A stretch of DNA of 64,000 bases. It comes from Deltaproteobacteria bacterium (GTDB lineage: Bacteria > Desulfobacterota > Desulfobacteria > Desulfobacterales > UBA2156). The stretch spans positions 6,851 through 70,850 of the forward strand of contig JAFDGC010000003.1 of the NCBI GenBank assembly GCA_019309485.1. Reading direction: 5' to 3'. The notes below the pieces were generated by a model, which did no database searches, was not told the DNA's origin, and saw only the letters and a list, made by a program, of their open reading frames with translations. The number at the start of each line of letters is the position of its first letter. Positions within the stretch are counted from its first letter, which is position 1. Below, in pieces: positions 32,146 through 40,779 of the stretch. A program made the position numbers and the translations under genes.

Positions 32146-32492
32146 GAGGAGGGGTCATCTTTTAAGATCGACAGGATATCGCGAAGTTCCGCCTTGATGG
32201 CATCCAGGGTCGAGGGGTCTTTCCCCTCGACCCGTTCTTCTTTTTTCATGGCGTTAAGGTACCGGTTGGCCCCGCGGATGGTGAACTGTTTGTCGTACAA
32301 AAGATGCTTGATGGCCAGAATCAGTTCCACGTCCTTTTTGCGGTAGAGGCGCTGGCCGGAGGGGGTCCGCTTGGGATGGATCTTTTTGAATTCATTCTCC
32401 CAGAACCGCAGGACATAAGGGGGTACTCCAGCAATTTTGCTGACTTCCCCGATCTTGAAATACAGTTTATCGGGCATTGCCATGCGTTTCAC
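32142..32492 (-). CDS. MerR-family transcriptional regulator
   Basis: The wHTH segment YFKIGEVSKIAGVPPYVLRFWENEF...SGQRLYRKKDVE, immediately downstream of pheT. Confidence 0.85.
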   Translation of the reverse strand: MKRMAMPDKLYFKIGEVSKIAGVPPYVLRFWENEFKKIHPKRTPSGQRLYRKKDVELILAIKHLLYDKQFTIRGANRYLNAMKKEERVEGKDPSTLDAIKAELRDILSILKDDPSS

Positions 32493-32537
32493 CCCCCGCG
32501 CCCCCGGCAGGCATCCGAAAGGCGTCTCCGCAAAAGA

Positions 32538-34952
32538 TCATTCCGGCAACGCGGCGTCAAAGGTCTTTAAGAGCAACTCCGATATCTTTTGATGCACCCG
32601 GGTGACCTCTTTATCCTCCAAAGTCCGTTTCTTGCTGCGGTAGGTCACCCGAAAGGAAACGCTCTTTTTTCCCTGGGGGATCGGTTCTTTTTCGAATACA
32701 TCGAAAAGATGGACCGTTTCAACCCATTTTTCCCCGGCATCGGTCACGCATTGGAGAATATCCCCCGCCGGAACCGTTTTGTCTACGATCAGGGTGAAAT
32801 CCCGCGTCACGCCGGGAAACCGGGAGATGGGTTCGGCCTTCCTGGATCGGGGAATCAAAGGCAAAAGCGCATCCAGGTCCAGTTCGGCCACAAAAACCGG
32901 CTGATGGATATCAAAGGGATCCAGTGCCCGGCGTCGCATCTCTCCCAGCCATCCCACGTTTCGATCGTCGATCCGGAGCGTGGCCGAAACACCGGGCTTG
33001 AGGTAAGCACAAGAATCGGCGGGCAGGGGGGCGGTTTCAATTTCTCGACGGCCCAAGGCCTTCAACAAGCCTTCCACCGCGCCCTTCATATCGAAAAAGT
33101 CGCAAGGCGTTTCCTTGCCGTACCATCCGGACTCGAAGCGATGCCCGGTCCACAGCAACGCCAGCATCTCCGTCTCCCGGGGCAGGAGATCCGCCTCTTG
33201 GGGGAGGTATACCTTTCCTGTTTCAAAAAGCCGCAAGGATCGGATCTGCTGGGCCAGGTTTCTTTGGAGGGTTCCCAAAAGGCCCGGGACCAATGTGGTC
33301 CGCATTCGGCTTTGCTCGTCGGAGATGGGATTCAGGATTTCCACGGTCCGGCGTCGAAAGTCGTTCTCCGGAAGTCCCAGACGATCATCGAAATTTCGGT
33401 GAATGAAACTGTAGTTGACGGCCTCCAGAAAACCGAACCCGGCAAGCCAGCGCCGGATAGATCCTCTCAACTGAAGCGGTCCCCACGAACGCTTTCTGAC
33501 CACCGGAAGAGAAGGAAAGGTCACGGGGATGTGCTGATATCCCGCCAGCCGGGCCGCCTCTTCCATGAGGTCTTCGGGGCGTGTGACATCGACCCGGAAA
33601 CTCGGGACGGACACCCGAAGGCGATCTTCGTCCTGGGGGACGGCGGAAAACTCGATGGACTCCAGGAGCGTTTTAACGTTTTCCTGAGTGAAACGCGTCC
33701 CCAATAACCGGTTCGCCCGGGACAGGCTGACGACGATTTCCTGTTTGGGGGCGGGCTTCGGGTGTGCGTCGATCCACCCGTCGATGATGCGCCCACCGGC
33801 TGTTTCCGCCATCAACAGGGCCGCACGGTTCACGGCATAAAGGACGCCTTCCGGATCCACCCCCCGCTCGAACCGATGGGAGGCTTCGGTGGCAATCCCC
33901 AATCGTTTGGCGGTCCTCCGGATGCTCACGGGATTGAAATAGGCGCTCTCGATGAATACCCGGGTGGTGGTCTCCGAGATTTCCGAATTCAGCCCTCCCA
34001 TAATCCCGGCGACGGCCACCTCTTTTTCACCGTCACAGATCATCAGGGTATCGGCCCCCAAAAGGCGTTCTTTCCCGTCCAGGGTGACAAACCGATCCCC
34101 TTCCCTTGCAGTCTTGACCACGATCCGGTGTTCGGCAAGCCGGTCATAGTCAAAGGCATGGAGGGGCTGTCCGGACTCCATGAGGATAAAATTCGTGATA
34201 TCCACGATGTTGTTGATGGGTCTTAATCCCACGGACCAAAGACGGTCCTGGAGCCAAAACGGGGAAGGCCCCACGGTCACATCGAATACGAGGCGCGCGG
34301 CATACCGGGGACAGTGATCGGGGGCTTCGATGCGAACGGAGCTGAAGCGCGAAATCCGATCCTCACCCTCCCGGATAGCGGCATCCGGATAGATGAGACG
34401 GACGCGCTGAATCCCGGCGATCTCCCGGGCGATGCCCATGAGTCCCAGACAATCGGGACGGTTGGGTGTGACACTGATTTCGAAGACCGGATCCGAAAGA
34501 TGCAGGACCTCGGCCAGGCCTTTTCCGGATTCAAAGGATGGGTCCAGTTCCAGGATCCCGGAGGCATCGTCCCCCAGTCCCAATTCCTTTTCGCTGCACA
34601 GCATCCCTTCGGAAACGATCCCCCGGATCGCCGCATCCCGAAGGACGGTGCCATTGGGAAACCGGGTCCCGGGAAGGGCCACCGCGGATACCATCCCGGA
34701 TTTGACATTGGGGGCACCGCACACCACCGTCAGTGTTCGGCCCCGTGTGTCCACGTGGCAGACCTGAAGCGTTTCGGCATTGGGATGCGGGCGCACCTGC
34801 GTCACCCGGCCCACCCGGACGTCTTTCATGAAATCGAATCGGTCGGCAACCGACTCCACTTCCAGGCCCACCATGGTCAGGGCTTCGGCGAGTTCCGAAG
34901 CGTCCATATGGATGGGCACGTAGGTCTTCAACCAGCTCAGGCTTGCCTTCAT
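32538..34952 (-). CDS. pheT: phenylalanine--tRNA ligase beta subunit
   Basis: MKASLSWLKTYVP begins at the ATG at 34952, 2 nt after the pheS stop. tRNA-binding, B3/4, B5 and FDX-ACB domains are recognisable. Confidence 0.95.
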   Translation of the reverse strand: MKASLSWLKTYVPIHMDASELAEALTMVGLEVESVADRFDFMKDVRVGRVTQVRPHPNAETLQVCHVDTRGRTLTVVCGAPNVKSGMVSAVALPGTRFPNGTVLRDAAIRGIVSEGMLCSEKELGLGDDASGILELDPSFESGKGLAEVLHLSDPVFEISVTPNRPDCLGLMGIAREIAGIQRVRLIYPDAAIREGEDRISRFSSVRIEAPDHCPRYAARLVFDVTVGPSPFWLQDRLWSVGLRPINNIVDITNFILMESGQPLHAFDYDRLAEHRIVVKTAREGDRFVTLDGKERLLGADTLMICDGEKEVAVAGIMGGLNSEISETTTRVFIESAYFNPVSIRRTAKRLGIATEASHRFERGVDPEGVLYAVNRAALLMAETAGGRIIDGWIDAHPKPAPKQEIVVSLSRANRLLGTRFTQENVKTLLESIEFSAVPQDEDRLRVSVPSFRVDVTRPEDLMEEAARLAGYQHIPVTFPSLPVVRKRSWGPLQLRGSIRRWLAGFGFLEAVNYSFIHRNFDDRLGLPENDFRRRTVEILNPISDEQSRMRTTLVPGLLGTLQRNLAQQIRSLRLFETGKVYLPQEADLLPRETEMLALLWTGHRFESGWYGKETPCDFFDMKGAVEGLLKALGRREIETAPLPADSCAYLKPGVSATLRIDDRNVGWLGEMRRRALDPFDIHQPVFVAELDLDALLPLIPRSRKAEPISRFPGVTRDFTLIVDKTVPAGDILQCVTDAGEKWVETVHLFDVFEKEPIPQGKKSVSFRVTYRSKKRTLEDKEVTRVHQKISELLLKTFDAALPE

Positions 34953-34954
34953 GG

Positions 34955-35974
34955 TTAAAACTGCATCAGAAATCGTGCGTTGTTTTCGAAAAATTTGCGG
35001 ATGTCGTCGATGCCGTATTTGAGCATGGCGATCCGCTCCACCCCCATTCCGAAGGCAAATCCCGTATATCGATCCGGGTCGTATCCGACCTTTTCGAACA
35101 GGGCCGGATGCACCATTCCGGATCCAAGGATTTCCAGCCAGCCCGTATGGGAACACACCCGGCACCCCTTTCCCCGGCACATCACGCAGACAATATCCAC
35201 CTCGGCGCTCGGTTCGGTAAAAGGGAAAAAACTGGGTCGGAACCGCAGGGCCGTCTTTTCATCAAAGATCTGGTGTACAAAGGCGGTGAGGGTCCCTTTC
35301 AGGTCACCGAAGGAAACGCCGTCGTCCACCAGAAGCCCTTCCACCTGATGGAACATGGGTGTATGGGTTATGTCCGAATCGCAGCGGAAGACCTTTCCGG
35401 GGACGATGACCCGCACCGGAGGTTCCTTATGTTCCATGGTGCGGATCTGGACCGGGGAGGTGTGGGTCCGCAACACCACGGCGTCGGACACATAAAAGGT
35501 ATCCTGCATATCCCGTGCCGGGTGATCCTTGGGAATGTTCAACGCTTCGAAGTTGTAGTAATCGGACTCCACCTCGGGCCCTTCCACCACATCAAACCCC
35601 ATTTTCGAGAAAATGTCGCAGATCTCGTCCATCACCTGGGTAATGGGGTGTAAGGCGCCCACAGGGGGGGTACGGCCCGGCAGCGTGACATCGACGTGGT
35701 CTTCCCTGCCCTCAAGGGAGACTTCCAAGCGTTTCAAGGCCGTTTCAAAGGCCTCGTTCAAGCGGTTTTTCAGGGCGTTGGCCCGCTTCCCGAAAGACGC
35801 CCGCTCATCCGGAGGACGCGTTGAAACACTGCGCAACAGCTGGGTAACGATCCCTTTCCGGCCCAGATACCGGACGGATAGGGCCCTGACGGCATCCGCA
35901 TCGGATGCGGCTTCCAGTTCCTTGAACGCCTGCTCCTGAATGTCTTGAATGGTGTCCACGAGGTTCCCGAGCAA
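34955..35974 (-). CDS. pheS: phenylalanine--tRNA ligase alpha subunit
   Basis: Class II motifs HPARDMQDTFY, LRTHTSPVQIRTM and GFAFGMGVERIAMLKYGI. Confidence 0.96.
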   Translation of the reverse strand: MLGNLVDTIQDIQEQAFKELEAASDADAVRALSVRYLGRKGIVTQLLRSVSTRPPDERASFGKRANALKNRLNEAFETALKRLEVSLEGREDHVDVTLPGRTPPVGALHPITQVMDEICDIFSKMGFDVVEGPEVESDYYNFEALNIPKDHPARDMQDTFYVSDAVVLRTHTSPVQIRTMEHKEPPVRVIVPGKVFRCDSDITHTPMFHQVEGLLVDDGVSFGDLKGTLTAFVHQIFDEKTALRFRPSFFPFTEPSAEVDIVCVMCRGKGCRVCSHTGWLEILGSGMVHPALFEKVGYDPDRYTGFAFGMGVERIAMLKYGIDDIRKFFENNARFLMQF

Positions 35975-36079
35975 ATGGATGTATCGAAATTACACGGCGG
36001 TGGCGTCCGGGCATGCGCGCCGAAAATGCGCTTTCGAAGGGATCCGCGGATTCGGCGGGTCCGGGCGGGTTTTTTCGCG

Positions 36080-36430
36080 TTATTTCTGCTCCGCCGCCAG
36101 GGAGGCGATCTGGGAAAAACCGGAAGGATCGGACACGGCCAGATCCGCCAAGACCTTCCGGTCCAAGGCCACGCCGGCGCGCTTCAATCCCTGGGTGAAT
36201 CGGCTGTAGGACAGATTGTTCATGCGGGCCGCCGCGTTGATCCGAATGATCCAAAGGCGTCTGAAATCTCTTTTCCGGGCCCTCCGATCCCGATAGGCGT
36301 ACATGAGGGCCTTGTCCACCGCATCGGCCGCCGTGCGATACAATTTGCTCCGGCCGCCCCGGTATCCCTTGGCCAGTTGAAGTACTTTCTTCCTGCGTCT
36401 TCTTGCTTTGAACCCTCTTTTGACTCTCAT
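36080..36430 (-). CDS. rplT: 50S ribosomal protein L20
   Basis: [25 protein letters not shown]... Confidence 0.96.
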   Translation of the reverse strand: MRVKRGFKARRRRKKVLQLAKGYRGGRSKLYRTAADAVDKALMYAYRDRRARKRDFRRLWIIRINAAARMNNLSYSRFTQGLKRAGVALDRKVLADLAVSDPSGFSQIASLAAEQK

Positions 36431-36446
36431 GATGGGACTCTCTTTT

Positions 36447-36644
36447 CTATCCGTTGGGCAAAAGGAGCCGGATTGCCTTTTGATCAGAACCGGAAATGAT
36501 CCGGCTTTTGCGCAAGGAACGTTTCCTTTTTCGGGTTTTCTTGGTTAAAATATGGCTGCCATACGCCTTGGAATAGGCAAACTTGCCGGTTCCCGTCTTC
36601 TTAAACCGTTTTGCCGCCGCTCGGTTTGTCTTGATTTTCGGCAT
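36447..36644 (-). CDS. rpmI: 50S ribosomal protein L35
   Basis: [22 protein letters not shown] begins at the ATG at 36644. The upstream extension in the ORF track is not credible. Confidence 0.95.
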   Translation of the reverse strand: MPKIKTNRAAAKRFKKTGTGKFAYSKAYGSHILTKKTRKRKRSLRKSRIISGSDQKAIRLLLPNG

Positions 36645-36832
36645 CTTCTCCCCCGCGTTAATCCTCATTGCCGCCCTGAGCAGCGGCATTTTTTACAACC
36701 ACAATAAAAATCGATGGCGCGAGCATGGCATCTTCTTTCAAGCTCACGCCAACTGCATCCAAACCCGGGTGATCATATAATAAGATCACCCCATATGCAA
36801 CATCATTTTTTTAATCCCATGATCCCTATGGA

Positions 36833-37354
36833 TCATCGGGGTGTGAGAACCATGACGATGATGCGGCCTTCGAACTTGGGTTCCTGTTCCAACTGGGCGA
36901 CGTCTTCCACTTCCTGGGCGATCCGCCCCAGAAGCGCCTTTCCCTTTTCCGCCAGCGTGATTTCCCGCCCCCGGAACAAAACGGAAACCTTCACTTTGTC
37001 CTTTTTTTCAATGAATTTCCGTATATGGCCGATCTTAACCTGGAGATCATGCTCTCCGGTCTTGGGACGCACCTTGATCTCCTTGACCTGGAAGGTGCTT
37101 TGTTTTTTCTTTGCGACCTGTTTCTTTTTCGTTTGCTCGTATTTGTAACGACCGTAATCCATGATTTTGCACACCGGCGGGTTCGCATTGGGACTGACCT
37201 CTACCAGGTCCAACCCGAAATCCGCCGCCGCACTCAATGCCTTTGAAATGGGAACGATCCCGATTTGGTTTCCCTCGGGATCGATAACCCGGACCTCGGC
37301 GGCCCGGATGGATTGATTTACATGAATCCGGTCTTGATTTTTCGGACTAACGAT
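36833..37354 (-). CDS. infC: translation initiation factor IF-3 (probable non-AUG start; 5' end uncertain between 37354 and 37360)
   Basis: IRAAEVRVIDPEGNQIGIV...PPVCKIMDYGRYKYEQTKK. A perfect SD, AGGAGGTG, ends at 37358, and the in-frame ATC at 37354 follows after 3 nt. There is no in-frame ATG near the conserved N-terminus. Confidence 0.88.
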   Translation of the reverse strand: MVSPKNQDRIHVNQSIRAAEVRVIDPEGNQIGIVPISKALSAAADFGLDLVEVSPNANPPVCKIMDYGRYKYEQTKKKQVAKKKQSTFQVKEIKVRPKTGEHDLQVKIGHIRKFIEKKDKVKVSVLFRGREITLAEKGKALLGRIAQEVEDVAQLEQEPKFEGRIIVMVLTPR

Positions 37355-37512
37355 TGCCACCTCCTGTCTGCTTATGGGGTTGTCTTTTCCTCCCGAGTTG
37401 ACCGCATGGGAGGGCCGATGTTTTTTGACGCTGATATATAAGAAGATTCCGAAATGCAAGTAAAAAGTGCATCCTGAAATCCCGGGGCCCTTTTATCGGA
37501 ATCCTTTTCCAC

Positions 37513-38022
37513 TTATTGGTTCAGGGTGTATCGGGCCAGGAGACTCTCCCGCCAGTATCGGTTCTTCGGGTCTTTGAAATAGGTCTTCAAAAGGGAGAGA
37601 CTCTTTTCCCGAAGCACGTGAGGGACGAGGGTCACTGCTCGATTCCGATACAACGGCGCCAGCCGGGTTAAATCGCATTGGGTTCCGCCGCCCATGACGT
37701 CTTCGAAAGCATAGACGATTTCCCGGATCCCGCTGAGCAGGATCGCACCATAGCACATGAGGCAGGGCTCCAAGGTGGTGTAAAGGGTCATGGGCCTGTG
37801 GTCGGAAAGGGTCCCCGAACGGGCGAGGCCTTTCAGGGCGATGATTTCCGCATGGTGAATTTCACTGGCGCCGGGACCTGCCGTACGTTGACGGAAGCCC
37901 GCGGCCACCACACGATCGCCGGCCACGATCACACATCCCACGGGAAATTCCCCCCGGAGGAGTGCACATTCGGCTTCCCTGATCGCCCGTTCCATGAAGA
38001 CCGTATGCCGATCGGACGTCAT
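37513..38022 (-). CDS. CMP/dCMP-type zinc deaminase (nucleoside / tRNA-adenosine deaminase-like)
   Basis: HAEIIAL and the PCLMCYGAI zinc-binding motifs. The ATG at 38022 lies 7 nt after the upstream stop. Confidence 0.8.
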   Translation of the reverse strand: MTSDRHTVFMERAIREAECALLRGEFPVGCVIVAGDRVVAAGFRQRTAGPGASEIHHAEIIALKGLARSGTLSDHRPMTLYTTLEPCLMCYGAILLSGIREIVYAFEDVMGGGTQCDLTRLAPLYRNRAVTLVPHVLREKSLSLLKTYFKDPKNRYWRESLLARYTLNQ

Positions 38023-38029
38023 GGTTTCT

Positions 38030-38581
38030 TCACAATCGACAGATGGTATCATCGCAGGGACAGCTTCCGTCCACCTCGTAAACATAAAGGATTCGTTGCT
38101 CCATCCGGGTCCGGTGGAAGGAGATGGGTTCAAAGTCGTGACCGGCGATCCACTGTATCAGCGCCTCCCGGTCGGGAATCGAGTCGAGTCCCTGGGCCGT
38201 GACTTCTCCGCTTTTTCCGGAAAGGATTTCCGCGTCTTGACCATTGGTCACCACGACCACAGGAATCTGGTAAGGGGCGAGGAGCCGGGACGCCGCCAGG
38301 GCCGGCCGCCGCCGGGTCACCAAAGAACCGGGCCCGTAACGGATCACCATGGCGTCTTTTTCCTTAAGCGTCACCTTGAAATCGATGGTAATCCGCGCCC
38401 GATTTTCACCGGCTTCGAGTGTCAAGGGAATCCGGGGTGTGATGTCGCTTTTGAGATACCCTTTTTGCTCCACCAGGAGCCGAGCGAGTGCCTGGCGATA
38501 CCGCTCATCGTGGGTGTCATTAAGGACCGTCCCGGTCAAAAAGTCCACCCGTTCTCCCAGTATGAGATGGTGGCCGTTCAT
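38030..38581 (-). CDS. HsdR_N-like (type I restriction enzyme R N-terminal domain family) stand-alone protein
   Basis: 183 aa: MNGHHLILGERVDFLTGTVLNDTHDERYRQALARLLVEQKGY...VIRYGPGSLVTRRRPALAASRLLAPYQIPVVVVTNG. The family assignment is from memory of similarly annotated proteins and was not searched. Confidence 0.45.
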   Translation of the reverse strand: MNGHHLILGERVDFLTGTVLNDTHDERYRQALARLLVEQKGYLKSDITPRIPLTLEAGENRARITIDFKVTLKEKDAMVIRYGPGSLVTRRRPALAASRLLAPYQIPVVVVTNGQDAEILSGKSGEVTAQGLDSIPDREALIQWIAGHDFEPISFHRTRMEQRILYVYEVDGSCPCDDTICRL

Positions 38582-38728
38582 CCTGCGCCGCTGTTCACTT
38601 CTTTCCGAGTTTCATTCTAAAGCCATTATAGCGGTTTTGTCCAGAAAACACAAATAGTCCTTTACTTGACCCACCCCATTTGGGATAATGTGCACTGTAA
38701 AGGCGGTAAAATCGTAAACTTCGAAAGA

Positions 38729-39856
38729 ATGTATTTTCGGGTTGTTGGGATTGATGAACGATGCATTTGGAAAGGGTTTTCGAAGGTGTTGCTGACCCCC
38801 GTATCCATCCGAGAAAATTTTGAAAAACGCGAGTGCACCTTTTTGGCACCCTTTGCCTGCCTGAGTTCCCAGACCCGGGGACGCCTGCGCGGGGAACCCC
38901 CGTGCCCGGTCCGTACGGCCTTTCAGCTGGACAAATTTCGCATCGTGTATTCCAATGCCTTTCGAAGACTCAAGTACAAAACCCAGGTCTTTTTATCCCC
39001 CCTCGGGGACCAGTACCGGACCCGCTTGACCCATACCCTGGAGGTAGCCCAGATCGCCACCACCATCGCCCGCGCCATGCGCCTGAATGAAGATCTGGTG
39101 GAGGCCATCGCCCTGGCCCATGACCTGGGGCACCCCCCTTTCGGGCACGGCGGGGAAGTCATTCTTAAGGAAATCTGCTCCGGGGGCTTTTCCCACCATG
39201 AACAGAGTCTGAGAGTGGTGGATGCCCTGGAGAATAACGGTGATGGCCTAAACCTGACCTTTGAGGTGCGCGACGGCATCCTGAAACATTCCAAAGGATA
39301 CGGGAAGATCATCCCGAACAACCCTGAAGAACTTCCATGCACACATGAAGGTCGCGTCGTACGCATCGCGGATATCATCGCCTACCTGAATCATGACCTT
39401 GAAGACGCCATCCGCAGCGGCGTCATCACCAGGGACCAAGTCCCGGCCTCTTGTGTCACGATCCTGGGAAACAACCACATTGAACGGGCCACCACCATGA
39501 TCATGGATGTCATCAAGACCAGCACTCCTTCCACCGGGGAGTTTCTCTTGAACATGAGCGATGAAGTCTTTGGGGCCATGAGTGAGCTGCGGCATTTTCT
39601 GTACGACAACGTCTACCGGGCAAAGCCGGTCCACCGGGAATTCATCAAGGCCAAAAAGATTCTTTCCGAGCTGTTTTCTTTTTTCATGACCGAAGACGAA
39701 TTCTTCGAAAAAGAACTCAAACGCATGGGACTGCGGGGGATCACCGCCTCGGCGGAAAACCGGGAGCGCAGCGTCTGTGATTTTATGGCTTCCATGACGG
39801 ACCGCTACGCGCTGGCCCTGTATCATAAAATCTTTTTTCCCGAACCCATTGTTTAA
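38729..39856 (+). CDS. dGTPase-like HD-domain triphosphohydrolase
   Basis: FQLDKFRIVYSNAFRRLKYKTQVF, RLTHTLEVAQI and ALAHDLGHPPFGH. The start is uncertain (ATG at 38729 or GTG at 38786). Confidence 0.85.
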   Translation: MYFRVVGIDERCIWKGFSKVLLTPVSIRENFEKRECTFLAPFACLSSQTRGRLRGEPPCPVRTAFQLDKFRIVYSNAFRRLKYKTQVFLSPLGDQYRTRLTHTLEVAQIATTIARAMRLNEDLVEAIALAHDLGHPPFGHGGEVILKEICSGGFSHHEQSLRVVDALENNGDGLNLTFEVRDGILKHSKGYGKIIPNNPEELPCTHEGRVVRIADIIAYLNHDLEDAIRSGVITRDQVPASCVTILGNNHIERATTMIMDVIKTSTPSTGEFLLNMSDEVFGAMSELRHFLYDNVYRAKPVHREFIKAKKILSELFSFFMTEDEFFEKELKRMGLRGITASAENRERSVCDFMASMTDRYALALYHKIFFPEPIV

Positions 39857-39865
39857 GCCCTTCCG

Positions 39866-40501
39866 ATGAATCCCACCCCCGAGGAATTCGACGGCCGTCC
39901 GGAAGCATTGGATGGGTTCCTTGGCAACCTGGATCGTTTGTACGCCGAAATGGATCAGGCATATTCAAAGACGGCGGCGGACTACGGCTTTTATTGCACC
40001 GGCTGCAGGGAAAGCTGCTGCCGGACGCGTTTTTTTCACTACACCTTTCTCGAGTACCATTACCTGCTGGAAGGATATCGGAAATTGGCGGCGCACCTTC
40101 GGCAGGACGTGCTTCATAGGGCCGGGGTCTACCAACGGCGCATGGAAAACTCTGATGCGGCGGCGCTTTCATTCGACGCATTCTGCCCCCTCAACGATAA
40201 AGGCGCCTGCATTTTATACGCGTGGCGCCCCATGATCTGTCGGCTTCACGGCATCCCTTATGAACTCCACACACCGGGGAAACCGGTGCTTCGGGGTCCG
40301 GGATGCCCCGTATTCACGCAAACCTTCGGGGCCGTTTCTTATGTGCCCTTTGATCGGACACCCTTTTATAAGGCGCTGGCCGCCCTTGAGCAAAATCTCC
40401 GAAAGACGATGGGCGTTTCCCGGGGAATCAAAATGACGGTGGCCGGGATGCTTCTGGATTTTGACCGGAATGCTTCCCGCAAGCCCCGCTTCTTAGGGTA
40501 G
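39866..40501 (+). CDS. YkgJ-family (CxxCxxCC-type) cysteine-cluster protein
   Basis: FYCTGCRESCC...FCPLNDKGACILYAWRPMICRLHG. The last ~13 codons lie inside the repeat element. Confidence 0.6.
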   Translation: MNPTPEEFDGRPEALDGFLGNLDRLYAEMDQAYSKTAADYGFYCTGCRESCCRTRFFHYTFLEYHYLLEGYRKLAAHLRQDVLHRAGVYQRRMENSDAAALSFDAFCPLNDKGACILYAWRPMICRLHGIPYELHTPGKPVLRGPGCPVFTQTFGAVSYVPFDRTPFYKALAALEQNLRKTMGVSRGIKMTVAGMLLDFDRNASRKPRFLG

Positions 40502-40768
40502 GGTTGAAAGAAGCTATCTTTGACAAGATCGTAAAAAGGCTTTTGTGAGGGCCGTTCAAGCCTTTTCGGAAAAAGAGAGACAAAGGGTTGAGCGTTAAAA
40601 ATCTCAAGCTGTTTGAGACACTTGTGTCGAGTTCTTGAGATTTAGCGAAACCCTTTGGATCTCCCGAAAAGGGTTGCGGCGCGAACAAAATCAGCCTTTT
40701 TACGATTTCATCATCTTTAAATGGGTATTTTCCTTACCGGGGAGCCCCGCATGCAAGGCGGGGGGATC
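40461..40768. repeat. palindromic intergenic element, copy 2 (inverted, expanded by ~200 nt including a 179-nt rod-like hairpin at 40528-40706)
   Basis: Its ends match copy 1. 40461-40489 is 28/29 identical to the reverse complement of 11509-11537, and 40729-40750 is 22/22 identical to the reverse complement of 11444-11465. Confidence 0.75.
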
Positions 40769-40779
40769 CACAAAACGCC

